Origin: Auanema rhodensis | Lineage: Eukaryota > Animalia > Nematoda | Assembly (NCBI GenBank): GCA_964057225.1 | Contig: OZ059895.1 | Location: forward strand, 15,128,001 to 15,192,000 | Reading direction: 5' to 3' | DNA length: 64,000 nt | In this document: positions 13,801-26,860 of the stretch, in pieces | Numbering within the stretch: position 1 is the stretch's first letter | Layout: each line of letters starts with the position of its first letter | Notes under the pieces: generated by a model | Seen by the model: only the letters and a program-made list of their open reading frames with translations | What the model was told of the DNA's origin: nothing | Database searches by the model: none | Position numbers and translations under genes: made by a program

Positions 13801-14114
13801 CTTATACACTGATTAACAGACGGACCTCTGGAAAAATCACCTTTTCAAATTGAAACGCTTAAGTTTGAGCGCCAAATTCTATTTTTGAAACAAAGGACTA
13901 ACAGCTTAATATTAAACAAAACGAATTCATTCTTTATAATTTGGTATTAAAGTAAAAGTTCTCAGACGAATTTAATTATATGCGCATAATTAACTAACCG
14001 AAGATCTGGATATTGCCCTGGTGTCCATTGAGAATCTATAGAATTGACAATAGAAATACAGAGAGTGTAACTAAGTAATATGGTTTTGATAAGCCAATCA
14101 CATAACGGCTTCAT
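10744..14114 (-). CDS. MOLO-1-family (TPM domain) single-pass membrane protein
   Basis: Signal peptide MKPLCDWLIKTILLSYTLCISIVNS, then QWTPGQYPD, YLCDPDRIL, AEAFCKALEGRWALGDCGNSVIIFV (MOLO1/TPM hallmarks), TM LSLVVAVGVAVLLTCLIT, Cys cluster CCVCAFRCC and a tail ending ADTTMV*. Which paralog this is remains unresolved. Confidence 0.8.
13267..13291 (+). repeat. G25 homopolymer (G-quadruplex-capable) in an intron
   Basis: 25 consecutive G. Confidence 0.95.
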
Positions 14115-16151
14115 GTTTATAATTTCTGAAATAATGCTTTTCAAGTTTGTTTAAAACGGCAACTTAAAGCATTTTTAACAAAAAAAAAGGCTATAAACGA
14201 CTGAAGGAAATGAACGGCATTGTCGATATTTGCAATGAAAAAATGAAAAAATGATTGGAAAACAGAAGGAAAGGATTAATCAGGATGTTTCATAAGCTTC
14301 ATATGGCTTTGTAAATGAATTTTTCAAATAGATTTTCCTTTTGAGTAAGAGAAAGGAGAAACAAAGACGACGAATAATTAGCAGAAAAATCTAATGTTTG
14401 AAGAATCTGATTTATGAATTTTGGTTAAAAAAATCAAAAAAAATCAACATGAATGATGATGCATCAAGTTGGAAAGCTCTCTACAACCCTTTCTCTTTCT
14501 CTTTCTCTCTCTTTATGTATCTATCTCTCTCTCTCTCTCTCTTACACACAGAAACAACAAGTAAGCTGAATGTGATACGGAATATCAAATGATGATTCAA
14601 TTATCTTAAAATGACAAATTAATACCTTACGAATATCAAATATTTCAAATCATTTTGAACTAATCAATAAGTAAGAGATGAAAGAAGCTTGAAGAAATGG
14701 GGGAGAGGAGGCGGGGTTAGAATGATGACTGAGATGCCGATGAGCTTTTCAAAGAAGAAGAAGAAGAAGAAGAAGAAGAAGAAGAGAAAGGAGAACTAAA
14801 CGAAGAAATCAGAAAGAAGGAATGATTTACCTTCAAGATCCGCCCAGTTTTCAATTTTTTTCTCTGATTCTCCTACTTTTACTCAATGTTTCTAAAGTCA
14901 TTCTCATCTTACATTATCGAAAAGTAGTAGTAGAAGTAGTAAGTAGTAGATGAGGCAGAAGTTGCATTATCCACAGAAGCATGAAAAGCTCAAAATTCAT
15001 ATAGTTAGGATGATTGAGGGTGAAATATGTGAAAAGATAAGATGATTAGTTAGCATAATTAACAGCCTCGGAGTGTGAATTTGAAAGAGAAAGAGAGAGA
15101 AAGAGAGAGAGAGAAAGGATTTGGTAAGAAAAGAAGATGACAAGAAGGTGACGCTGTGACAAAGCTGACAACACATATGCTGTAGGAAAATAAGTTGAAA
15201 CTTTGAAACAGCGTGATAAGGCTTTTGAACCAGAAACTTAATATGAAAACGGAGAAGAATGAGGTAATGAGTAGGAAACACTGATAAGAAGTTAAGAGTT
15301 GAAAGAAAGTTGTCGGAAAAACATTTTGAAGGACATGATCTGACAAATGTTATGTCAACTGTTACACTGAATTCTGATGCTCCACGATAGGAGGGGTAGA
15401 CCTCACTCTAAGGTTTTGAAATATTGGATAACATTAGATTCTGAATAGCATCATCATCATCTGATGTTGATGATGATGATGAAGCTTCAAACAACTCTGT
15501 ATATGAGGTCATACTTTGAAGAATATTTACTGCTTTAAAGGGTAACAATCGATTAAGTTATATGGTTTAGAGTACAATCTATATACGTATAGTTTAGCTG
15601 ATGAAGTAGAAAAAATAGAAAATTGCACGAGTGAAACGTTAGAAGTGGTGGAAGGATATGTGAAGACGTCAGCGACATCATCATCGCCGGAATGTTATCT
15701 GATACACGGAAACTGTCTTTTCTATTCCTCTAAGTGAAGCTCATTCGCTCTTCTTAACATTCTTTAGAACACCTGCTCTGCTTTTCCCTCCCTCATCTCT
15801 ATAACTTGCTGAAATCTCATCAGATTATCTTGTATTATTCGTATCTTTCTCTATAGATCTCTTGAAATTCTTCATTCTTTATGATACAAATGACAAAAAA
15901 GAAAAGAAGAAAAGAGATGGAAATGATGAAGAAATGCAACGTAAGAGGGTTCACTTCATAGAGAGAGAGGGGAGAGAGATAGAGAGAGTGAGATCTTTGG
16001 ATAGGATGTGCAAGCTATCGCAATTGACTTTTAGGAGTTCAAATGAGAAAAAAATAATATGGAAAGCAGAGATAGGTGCAAAATAGAGAGATAACTAGAG
16101 AAAGACGGGAGGAGTTTGTGAGTTCCAGCATACTACTATCCCTTTCCAACC

Positions 16152-16211
<60 letters not shown>

Positions 16212-19200
16212 TTCTCTCTCTCTCTCCCTGTTAGATTTTCCATAAGATCAAGCTGTGTTAGAATTATAAAAAAAAACAAAGGCAAATGAGATATTTGATT
16301 TTTTCAGTTTGATTGGCAATGAATTACAACCAGGTGTTCAACTTATTCAAACATTAACCAATAACTTGAGTTGATGATGAATGATATACATAGCTTTGCA
16401 GACTTTTTTTGAGGAAAAAAAAACAAATGAAATCTGACCTACTAGTATGCTACTGCAGATGTTTCACATACATCTCTCAATGTTGAAACTTCAATGTGCG
16501 AAGAAAAGTAAGGAGAGATATCTCATATAGCATGCAATTTGCAATTTGGATGAACTTTGTGGTCTCTCTCTCTGGTTGTTCTGCTTTCGTACCGCTTTCA
16601 TTCCTTTGCTCACACTAGCTTTCCTCCTTCCACTTCATCTTCTACTTCCTCTGATACAGCTGCATCTGAATCTGCAACAGCTGCAACGTGAATGACGTCG
16701 TCATGATGGTTGTTATGGGATGTATGTATATGTATGTGCATGTCTCTGGTAAGGAGATTTTGGATATAATGATGTAGAACACAGTCATCAGTAATGTATT
16801 CTTACATGTATGTGCTCATAGAGATTGTTCTATGACATACAGTGATTTCATAATTCATTTCATACACTAATAATCCAATAATAATAATAATTGTTTAGTA
16901 ATAAGCTGTAATTTTTATTTTATTTTAATTTTAAAATGTGTATTAAACTTGAACTATGCGGTATAAACACGAAAACTTGAGATTTATAATCTACATTCAA
17001 AGATTTGACAGGTTGAATTAGATAACTACATGTCCGGAAGTACAAATTCATGTTCAAACATCTCGTAATATTTGACAAAATATTTTTTTTACTCAAAAAT
17101 AATTACAGAACATACATACATCTTGATTATTGATATAAAGTATATAAAAATTGTTTTTATTATTATTATTATTATTAAATATAATAATAATAATAATAAA
17201 TATAAAAATAGATATATAAAAACTATTTTCAATATAGTATAATACGTCCGACGTTTCTTTTGTGTCTCTGTATGTGCGTGTGTGTCCTTTTTTGATTTGA
17301 AGATTAAGAATCAGAATTCAGATGAAGATATATTTAATTTATATAATTTATATATAAATATATAGCTAACTATATGTATATATTACATAGCCCTTTACTT
17401 TTACAACTATCAATCCTACAAGATTTTCTAATTTTATTTGTAAAAGCAATATGATGTGCGCTTCATGTAATGCATATTTACAAATTTACTTAATATTAAA
17501 GGATCTTTGTCTGTGGCATTATTATTATTATTAATAATATTATTATTATTATTATATATTCAAGCTAATTTGCATAAAATGTAGGGGTGGTGGAGTGCAC
17601 GTTGACCGCGCATTCTATCATTTCATATTTTTGAAATTCAGAGAACGGTTGTGTTTCTCATTATCATCACTTTTCACCTCTGTTTTCCATCACTTTTTTT
17701 CTATTCTACCTATATGTAACCTAAACAGATGCACGTATCGAATTCGTTTTGATGTCGGCTATATTTGGCCATATAACTATGTATTGGTTGTGGTAATATT
17801 AAAATCTCTAGCCGAATATATTTATTAATTTTAATCTGTCCGGTATTTACATCATCATCATCATCATGTCATCAACCATCAATTTTTCTTTTTTTTTTTA
17901 CCACGCTTTTGCTTAACATATATAAAAGAATTTTATAAATTATGATGTCATTCTAATCAGTGTAATAGTTGTCAAAGACCACGATTGATAGGAATGCTAT
18001 ATGATCGTGCCTGCTTGGCTGTGCGCAAAGCTAAAAGAACGGCTTGCTAATCGCTCATCGCTATTTCTATTCGAATAATTATATTGTACTCTATTTTTAG
18101 TCAAAGAAAAACCTCCTCTTGTTTGAAAAAAAAAGAGAAGAAACAAAATGAAAAACATCGTCAAATATTATGTCGTAATAGCTGCCGTTGTGTCATACGT
18201 TGTTGCTTGTTCTTTCCGTCTTTTTTTTGCTGTTTGACTTTATTTTCTTTATAAAAAGAATGCATTTTACATACTTGTTGCTCACTTATATTTGATCTAC
18301 AGCATGCTTTCCAGCATATGAGTGAAATAAGCAAAACATATGCCAAAATTGAATTTATATCGTATATAAACTCAGGACTTATACATCGTCATCATCATAA
18401 TCAATAGCTTTTTTTGCATAATTTAAAAGACAAATTTTGTGACTGATGCCGTAATTTAGGAATATAGTTACCAAAAGATTTTTTAAAGTTTTAATCTGGT
18501 CTCACGCCATATCTTCTACTGATTCTCGACTCTTTTCTTATTTGTAATGTTTTGATTAAAAATTATTTCATTTGCTTCGATTAATTCGAATCTGTGAAGA
18601 TATTACGTAGCATACATATCTTATTGGAACAAAATAAAGCTTTGGATTGTAGTAATTACATGCTCATGATGATGATCTTGAAATATCAAGTAGTCGTCCA
18701 TATTCTATGAATCTTTTGTCTAACTCTCCCTTCATCTCTCCCTCTTCTGCCCACTCTATCTATGTTTTCTTACTTGTCTTTCTTCTCTGTATCCTTGTCT
18801 CACCTCGCTTTATCTGTTCTCTTTATCTAATCATGGCAAGGTTACTCTTGTAGAGTCTTGAGCTATCTAGCTATGCCCGTATACATCCCCTAATCATGGT
18901 CATTTTCCTCAGTTGCAAGCTGGTTTATGAGCTTTGATCACTGATTCGCTCTGAGTTCTGCGTTCAATACGAGTTTCTTTACATTACTTTGCTGTCTGCT
19001 CTCATTTCTTTGATCATGTTTCGATGTAAATTAATACATATTTCCTTTATTAATTGGTTTACTTTTCTATATTATCATCGTATGAGCGTAGTTTTGATTA
19101 AGTTTCCTGACATCATTAGCTCATTCTATGTCACTTCTCCATCTTTTTCTCTCTCTCCTTATCGTCTGGCTATAAAGCAGATGCCAAATTGATTGTTAAC

Positions 19201-21169
19201 TCCTAAAGTTATATGAAAGCTCTTACTTTGGTATCATTCGAATCACATATACTTCGTTTTATTTTCTCTTCGTGAACTATTTCAAATGAATATTCCCCAC
19301 TTTTTACGCCAATTAGGCATCTCTCGTTCAACAGACTCGACTAGAAACAAGGAGATCAATTGTTATCTGAAAGAAGCCTTGATGTGAATATATTTTTAGA
19401 AAATCATGAATAGAGAGATAGAGGGGTATCAGATAGAAATAGAGAGACGAAGTTCAGAGAGAAAGAGGGAGAGAAATGTGGGCAGAGAGAAAGAGAGAAT
19501 GCCTATAGGTGAAGTACATACAGTCTTGTTTGGAATAGAATAACATGAAGCAGAGACACAAAGTCATGTTAGAGACGAAGAGTTCATGTGTTTCAATCAG
19601 TCTAATCCTTGTCGACCGGGTGTCTTTTCTCTCTCTCTCTCTCCTTCTCTCCTACTCTGTCTACTCCTTTCTCCCAGTTTTTCTCTCTTTATAATTATCT
19701 CTATCTCTCTCTCCTTTTCTCTCTACTTCTCCATTATCTTCTCACTTTCTCCATTTGCAACTCCATATTGCTCTTTTCTTTTTGATCACTTACTTTGTAT
19801 GTTTTCATTATAACCGCAAATATTAACTGGCAATGTTCACAAGTTTCCAGACCACATGCTTATTTTGCTGGTAAATGAATCGTTTCCACTACCCTTAGTT
19901 TACTAAATTTGCTCCTTTAATTTTTCTTCTCCAGTCCTTTTCAACTAAATCACACAAACATTGTTACATTTCCCCTTCTCCCACCCTTCTCTCCTCTCCA
20001 TTTGTACTGTTTTTCATTCGAATTCATAGTTGTGATCACGTTGTCAAGCTTAACAAATGGCTGTTCTACCACTTTGTTTTACGTTTAGTTTTATAATATC
20101 GATTATTCTATATTTTACCATATATCATGCATGTTTTAATAACCATTCAATTGGTAGAAAACGTTGTTCTAATTCATCTTCAGTAGTTTACTGTTTTTTT
20201 AAAATTTTAACATGTTTTCATTTTTCATTTCATTGTCGATAGGAGCGGTTGTATTCACACTCACACTTTGCGTCATTTTTAAGAAAAAATTTAATTTACT
20301 CTCTGTTCATCATTGTCTTCTTCTTATCCTTCTTCGTCCTTCTTTCAATTAGCATTCTTCATATATATGTATAATATATATTACTATAATGTATTTCAAA
20401 CTCATTATTCATTATTAAGAGTTTTAAAAAAAAGTTTTCGGCACAATAGCATGCATTTATTACCTAATCGAATATTTGTGTTTGCTTTGCACACTATGTG
20501 AAGCCCGTCTAACGAAATTCTAGTTTAGCTCTTCTCTTTGTCATCATCTGTAATGAAGCTCTCTTTCCATTTTTATTGATCTTTTATAATATTCGTTATT
20601 GAATTTTGATTAATTCACCTACAGACAGTACTGCTTATTTACATGTTATTCTCTTTTTTTCTCAATTATTTTTTACTTTACATGTTACTTATCGACAATT
20701 GTCGCCTTCAATCTTTTTATCTTTCCCTCTCTTTTCGTAATTTATAGTTGATTTTACATTTCACTTCACTTTGTTTTTTCTATTATTCTCATTTTCATGC
20801 CTATCTCTTTTCTGTTCTCCCTTAAGTAATTTGCTGCATTCATTCAAACGAGTAACGAACTTCTCCAGGTCCCAACAGGATTCATATATATTTTTTTTTT
20901 TCTTTAGTAATCATATCTATATTTAGATAATATTATTTTTATATCCATTATCTTATGAAAATGAAAAGCCACCAAATCCCAGGGTTCGCATTGTTTCTGC
21001 CATTTCTTTTCTTCATCACCGATTTGCTAATATTTTGCCTTGCTGTTATCAGTTGCTCATCTTGTACCTCGTCGACTTAGTGTCAAAATGATATTTTATT
21101 TCCATTTGCCTTCATGTTCTTCTGCTGCTTTTGTCCAGTGTTACCTTCTTTTCATTACAGTTAGTGTAT

Positions 21170-23188
21170 ATGACTGCGACTATGAAACAAGGGAGTGATG
21201 AACTCAATGAGAATGGATCTGCTGTATCCGGACAAACGATAATGGCATCATCTTCCAAAAATAATGTTAACTGCGCTTCATCACAGCTTGAAGAACTTTG
21301 TCTAGTTTGTCAGGATATTTCAACTGGATATCACTATGGTGTTCCTTCGTGTAATGGATGGTAGGTTTTCTGTTATTATCTTCTTCATTTATTATTTTTT
21401 CATTTCAGCAAAACATTTTTCCGACGAACTATAATGAAGAATCAATCATTCGTATGCCAATATGAGGGGAAATGCCCTGTAGATAAAAGTAACATCATCT
21501 TCAAATATATATAATAAATGTTAAATGTTCATTTAAGGTATAAGATGTGCATGTCGTCATTGTAGATTTGAAAAATGCTTACAAGTTGGAATGGATAGGA
21601 ATGGTAAATAGTGGCGCTATGCTGTTTCTTTCAAATTAATTTTGCAACTTGTTCCAGCAATTCAACAGAACCGTGATCCTATTGGCTATACAAAACGTAC
21701 ACGGAGATATCCCCCCATAAAGAAAGCAGAAAGCTCAGATGAATGTTCACCAAAATCCCAGCAGGTTCGTATACAATGTGCTTATGACACTAATCTTGCT
21801 TTAATTTCAGTCAAACCCTACAGAAGAAGCAGAGGATAGGTTTTTAGGCTATTTAACGACAGTGGAAGAGTTTTGTACGAAGTTCCGATTATCAGCTTAT
21901 AACTCTACACGACATCTAACGGATGCCGTATGTTCGCCCTGTCTTCTGACTGATGAAAAATTTATGAATTGCTATGCTGAGCCTGTAGGTTCTTAGATCT
22001 TGTATATGTGAATGGCCTTCTATAAGTTCTTAATCATTGTTTAATATTTCTTTTAGGCTCCCAGTCATACAATTCAACAGCCATTAATGTATGCAAGCCA
22101 AGCGGATTATCATTATTGGCACGAAAGGTTCATTGTCGATGAAAAGTACACTTTTTATCGCTTAGATATTTCAGAGATTGGATGGTTATGATTGAGTGGG
22201 CTAAAACGATACCTGTTTATCAGAATCTACGATTTCCGGATAAAGTATGAATTTGTATTATAAGATTATTATTAAGTTTCATGTTTAGTTAGCTTTATTA
22301 CGACATTCGGCAATTACATATCCATCTCTAGTTCATACTTTCTTCTCACCTGATCATGGATTAGATACTATTGTATTTCCAAATGGAGCATATTTCGATC
22401 GTACGCCTGAACCACAAAGGTTTTTAAGATTTTTGAAATTATTTTGATAATCAACCGCTCTACGACAAACATATCAACAAAATGAACTCTGCTTGTACGG
22501 CGTTGTGCTTAAAAAATCAGTTTATGCTAATTTTTGTCCGTCAATTGCATTGAAAATGGAAACTCAAGTTCCGCATCCAGTTGTTAGTACTATGATCATA
22601 TTTCAGGCCAGTAGGATTTAATAAAAAGAAATATCAAATGTTGGATCAACTACTAAAGCCAATGAGGCAAATGCAAATCGATTTAACCGAATTCGCCGCT
22701 TTTAAAGCAATTTTTTTCCTTAATCCCGGTTTGAATTTTTTTATGTTTTGGCGTATAATATTCTCCATTCATTTAGATGCCGATGACGTAGATGCAACTT
22801 CGAAAACAGCCCTCAGTGAGGGCAGAAGTTCTATAACAAATGCTCTATATAGGTATATGGTCAAGAACAAAGGAGCTGAAGAAGCAGGAGACAGGTATAG
22901 CTCTAATTAACTTTTCTTTTTTTTTCTGTGCTGTGCTGTGCTGTAATTTACAAAGCACGTCGTCAGATGACATTGCAAATTGTTTTTTGTAGTTGTCAAT
23001 GCGGAAGTGCTGCTTAACAATTTGTATCTTGTAGGTTTGGTCGACTTCTATTACTCGGAACAGTGCTAGCAACAATGGCAGTAGAGATGAAAGAAGCTGT
23101 TCTTGTGGCCGATTTCTTTGACCAAATCCGTTTCACCACATTCGCAAAGCAACTGTTGTTTGGAATCAAATCTGAACCAGCTATATGA
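21170..23188 (+). CDS. Nematode supplementary (HNF4-derived) nuclear hormone receptor, nhr-46-like by recollection
   Basis: C4 fingers [28 protein letters not shown] and [30 protein letters not shown] with CNGCKT P-box. LBD motifs MIEWAKTIPVYQNLRFPDKLALLRH and EFAAFKAIFFLNPDA. Ends FGIKSEPAI*. Upstream exons are possible. Confidence 0.9.
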
Positions 23189-24211
23189 GTCTCAAACTAG
23201 GCATAGAGAGGGTCTGCAACTAGAAAATTCGGAAAAAGCACACGACCCAGCATCTACTTGCTACAAGGATTGTCTTCGAGAACAAAAAGCCCTTCGTTTG
23301 TTCTTTTATATTGGAATGTTTTTTGGTGTCATACATACATAGATGGAGTTCGTTTTTCGTTTACATAGGTCGGACCGTTATTACATTTTCCTTTATTTCA
23401 AAAAAAAATTTATCCATAATAGCCCGTCTGTTTTCGGTAAACATCACCTCCGTTATATTTATATAAGCTATTCCTAGACATGGGTTTTGATTCTATTCAT
23501 TGTTCATCTTTGAGAATGCCTTCAACTATCTCCATCATTTCGTTTTTTTCGTATTCGTTGTACCACTATCATCATCAGTCAATCTTCTTTCATAGAGCTA
23601 TATAGTACCAGATTTCTTTTCAGATGCTATAAACTGAAAAACCGAATAGAGATTCATTATTATTATTATATTATAAATATATTTAATTTCTGTTGTAAAA
23701 CATCAGTCACATTCATGTAGTTTTCCAAGAAATTAACTCAACTAATGCCTCTATACACTCAAGGACCTCCTATTGTGATCATTGTACTTTTTCTTCCATC
23801 GTATTTTACCTCATTGATGACTTTTTTTCACAAATAACGTATAAATTTCTATTTTTTTGTCTTCAATTTTTCATTCATAACCATATATGGGTATTGAAAG
23901 CTTGTAAGATAGGTGGAAGTGTCATTAAGAATTGCAATGGTTCCTACGACGAAAGCTGGAAGAAAACCAGTTGTCATCTCTTCTACGGATGACCATCATC
24001 TCAACATACCCATAACGCACATACAATGTCTATCCGCTCATGCATTTGATTTCAGAAAGTCATTTTTGGCGAAAAATCTTATGAATACTAGCATGCAATT
24101 TTACAGAAAAGCTTGTTCAAGTTCTAAATATCTGAATCTACCTACTTCCTTATTTTGAAGAACAGTGTCGTCAACTGCGCGACTAAAATTACATTTCTTC
24201 CAGAAAATGCA

Positions 24212-25005
24212 ATGGGCAGGATGACTGTGTTGCTACAACAGTATATTATCCTTTTAATTGTTATTCCTTGCATTGTGGCTCAGGTAATCTATAGAAGGAT
24301 CTTCACCTCATTCTTCTGGCTGTTTTCTGCTGCTTCTGCTTTTTTTCATTTTTTTCTTTTGAGAAATGTGCTTCTGATGAAGAATGCTCACGACATTGGT
24401 CTCATGCTACATGTACTCGAGGGCGATGTCGATGTCCGCTAGACACGGTCAGGAAAAAGAGTCCTTCGAGGGAATGGATTTGTCTATCAGTGAAAGACGC
24501 TGGTTGGTTCATCATGATTTTTGTTTCAACCTTGTTTGCTTGAACGATGTTTCAATGTTCACGTTTCGCTCTATTACAGCCACTGGTGAATCTGGACCGC
24601 CGTTAACATGTCCACTCCCTGAAGGAGCTGGTTATCAAGTGATTCTAAGAAATAATTCGGCACCAGTTCAATGCTCAACTCGAATAGAAACCTCTTGTCC
24701 TCCTGGCTATGAATGTATACAAGGTCTTTCGATATTCGGACCTCTAGATGGGATTTGTTGCCCTGATCCAGGTATGTCTAAGAGAAACTGGAAAAATCAA
24801 CAGTTTTTTTCCAGATACAACGTGTTCTCATCCCATTTTTGACAACGAAGAAGGGACGTTAGAGCGATGGGGATTTGATGGAAAACAATGTTTACAATTC
24901 AAATGGCATCCTGATAGACCATCAACATCTAATAATTTCCGTACCAAAGCTCATTGTGAAGATTATTGTATAAAAAATATTAAATATGCTCTAGACGACA
25001 TATAG
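24212..25005 (+). CDS. Small secreted cysteine-rich protein (EB-like, lustrin/WR1-like and degenerate Kunitz modules)
   Basis: Four exons: signal peptide; CASDEEC...CTRGRCRCP; CSTRIETSCPPGYECIQ...GICCP; RWGFDGKQCLQFKW...NNFRTKAHCEDYC. Confidence 0.8.
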
Positions 25006-25522
25006 AATATAAATATTCCTAAACTATGCATTACATGCCTTAACTCTTAGATTTCCTTAATGATATCAGTTTGCCAACCACTTTATAATGAGTAGATATT
25101 CTTTTCACTCTCTATACTGTCCAATCAACCAATAGAAAAAAACGAGAAAGAAACCAGAAAAGTGAAAACTAATATTAAAGACATAAAAAACAACAGTGTA
25201 AAATTCTCGCAATACTATACGTATCATTAAACTTATAATCTCATATAATTTTAAAACATTTTCACATACTTTTAGAGTAATTTTTTGAAGAAATAAACAA
25301 ATTTTTTCCGTGTACGCAAAAATAATCTATTCTAAATTGAACCCTACGTGCAATTACGACTAAGACTAAAAAAATAGTTTGTGCTTTAAATTATATTATT
25401 CTTTTTATTCGTTGATTTAATTAGCTTCTAACTAGTAGTAATATAAACATAATTTAATGCAATTAATGTTTGAATGTAGTAATACCTTTAAATGCTTCTA
25501 TATAAGTTTTTACAGGTGTTAA

Positions 25523-26216
25523 ATGAGTTTATTGTTTCGACCTAGTTGCAGTACCTTAAATGTTTTATCCCTAGGATGGAGAGTAAGACGAATTTTTATT
25601 TGAACTTCAATTACTTTACATTTAGAATATTGTATGTTCAAATTCAACTTTTACGGGAATAATCCCAACTGAAGCAATTGAGAAGAAATTTTCATTAAGT
25701 AGAGGTCCTGGTGGCCAAAATGTTCAAAAAAATGCAACAAAAGTAGCGAAACATAAGTTTTCTTCACGTTTCATTTGCTTCATGTTCAGGCAGAAATAAG
25801 ATTCAATTTGCAAGCTGCCGATTGGATCCCCGAACAGTTGAAGGAACCTCTCACAGAGCGTCTACACAATAGAATTAATGCAAATGGAGAAGTATTATTG
25901 TTGATCTTTAATCCTATAATATGAGTTTATTTTGCTAATAAGGTGATCATTAACAGCGACAGAACAGCTGAGCGAAATCTTAATTTGGCCGATTGTTTTG
26001 ATAAGCTTCGTTCCACTATATATGATGTTCAAAGAGGTCTCAATGCTCGCACTGAAACGGAAGAGGATGTTCTTATTCTGAGAAAAGTTGTGTACAAATG
26101 TTTATAGTTTTTCGAATATCTTCTTATAGAAAGCGGAGAAATCTGCTCAACAGCGTTTGGCTGAGAAACGAAGACTACAAGACAAAAAGCGAATGAGAAG
26201 CAGCACAGATTTCTAA
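25523..26216 (+). CDS. mrpl-58: Mitochondrial peptidyl-tRNA hydrolase ICT1/MRPL58
   Basis: MSLLFRPS presequence-like start, SRGPGGQNVQKNATKAEIRF (GGQ motif), INSDRTAERNLNLADCFDKL and a basic C-terminal tail. Confidence 0.9.
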
Positions 26217-26860
26217 ACCTTCGAATAACTTTTGTATAGGATTGTTGATTTTTGTTTTTTCTTTGTCAGTTTAGGATAAACTATTTTATACTTGTTTTCC
26301 CTTCGTTACACTAGTTGTCCTGCGGCTTTTACCGTATTTATACCTTTATTTTCCCATAGACTCATGTCATCTTCCGATCGTTCTCCATTGTTTTTTACCA
26401 AAAAAAAAAGTCATTTTGCGTGTCAAATATTGTTCCGTATACGACGCTCTCGTCCTGGTTAACTTATTTCAAATTAATATGCCATTTGTTTTGACCATCT
26501 TGTGTCTTTGGATGTCACGTGTGACCCCAATGCGATTGTGCATATAGATTATCGCCCTTGTACGTCCTCTATTCCATTATATTTCTCTCAATTCCGTGTA
26601 CCCACGAAGGTTATACCTTCTAGGTTCCACTTTGGATATCTCCACAGTCAGTCATTCTCTCATTCATTTGCCAGTCTGTTCAGGTCAGTTGGTCCGTTGT
26701 GTTTGTTTGTTTACATCTCAACTCTGATGGGGTGAGAGCATCATTCCCTTTCTATTTCTCTCTCTCATTCTCCCGCAAAATCGATTGTTAAGTTTACGTG
26801 CGTGTGACCCATGCACTTTATATCTGGAATTTCTTGTAATTTTCCGTTCGCTTGACGACA

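Noticed and set aside
14200-21100. Hidden gene or transposon in the 7-kb divergent intergenic region
   Set aside because: Only simple repeats and short ORFs; no transposase, RT or terminal repeats seen.
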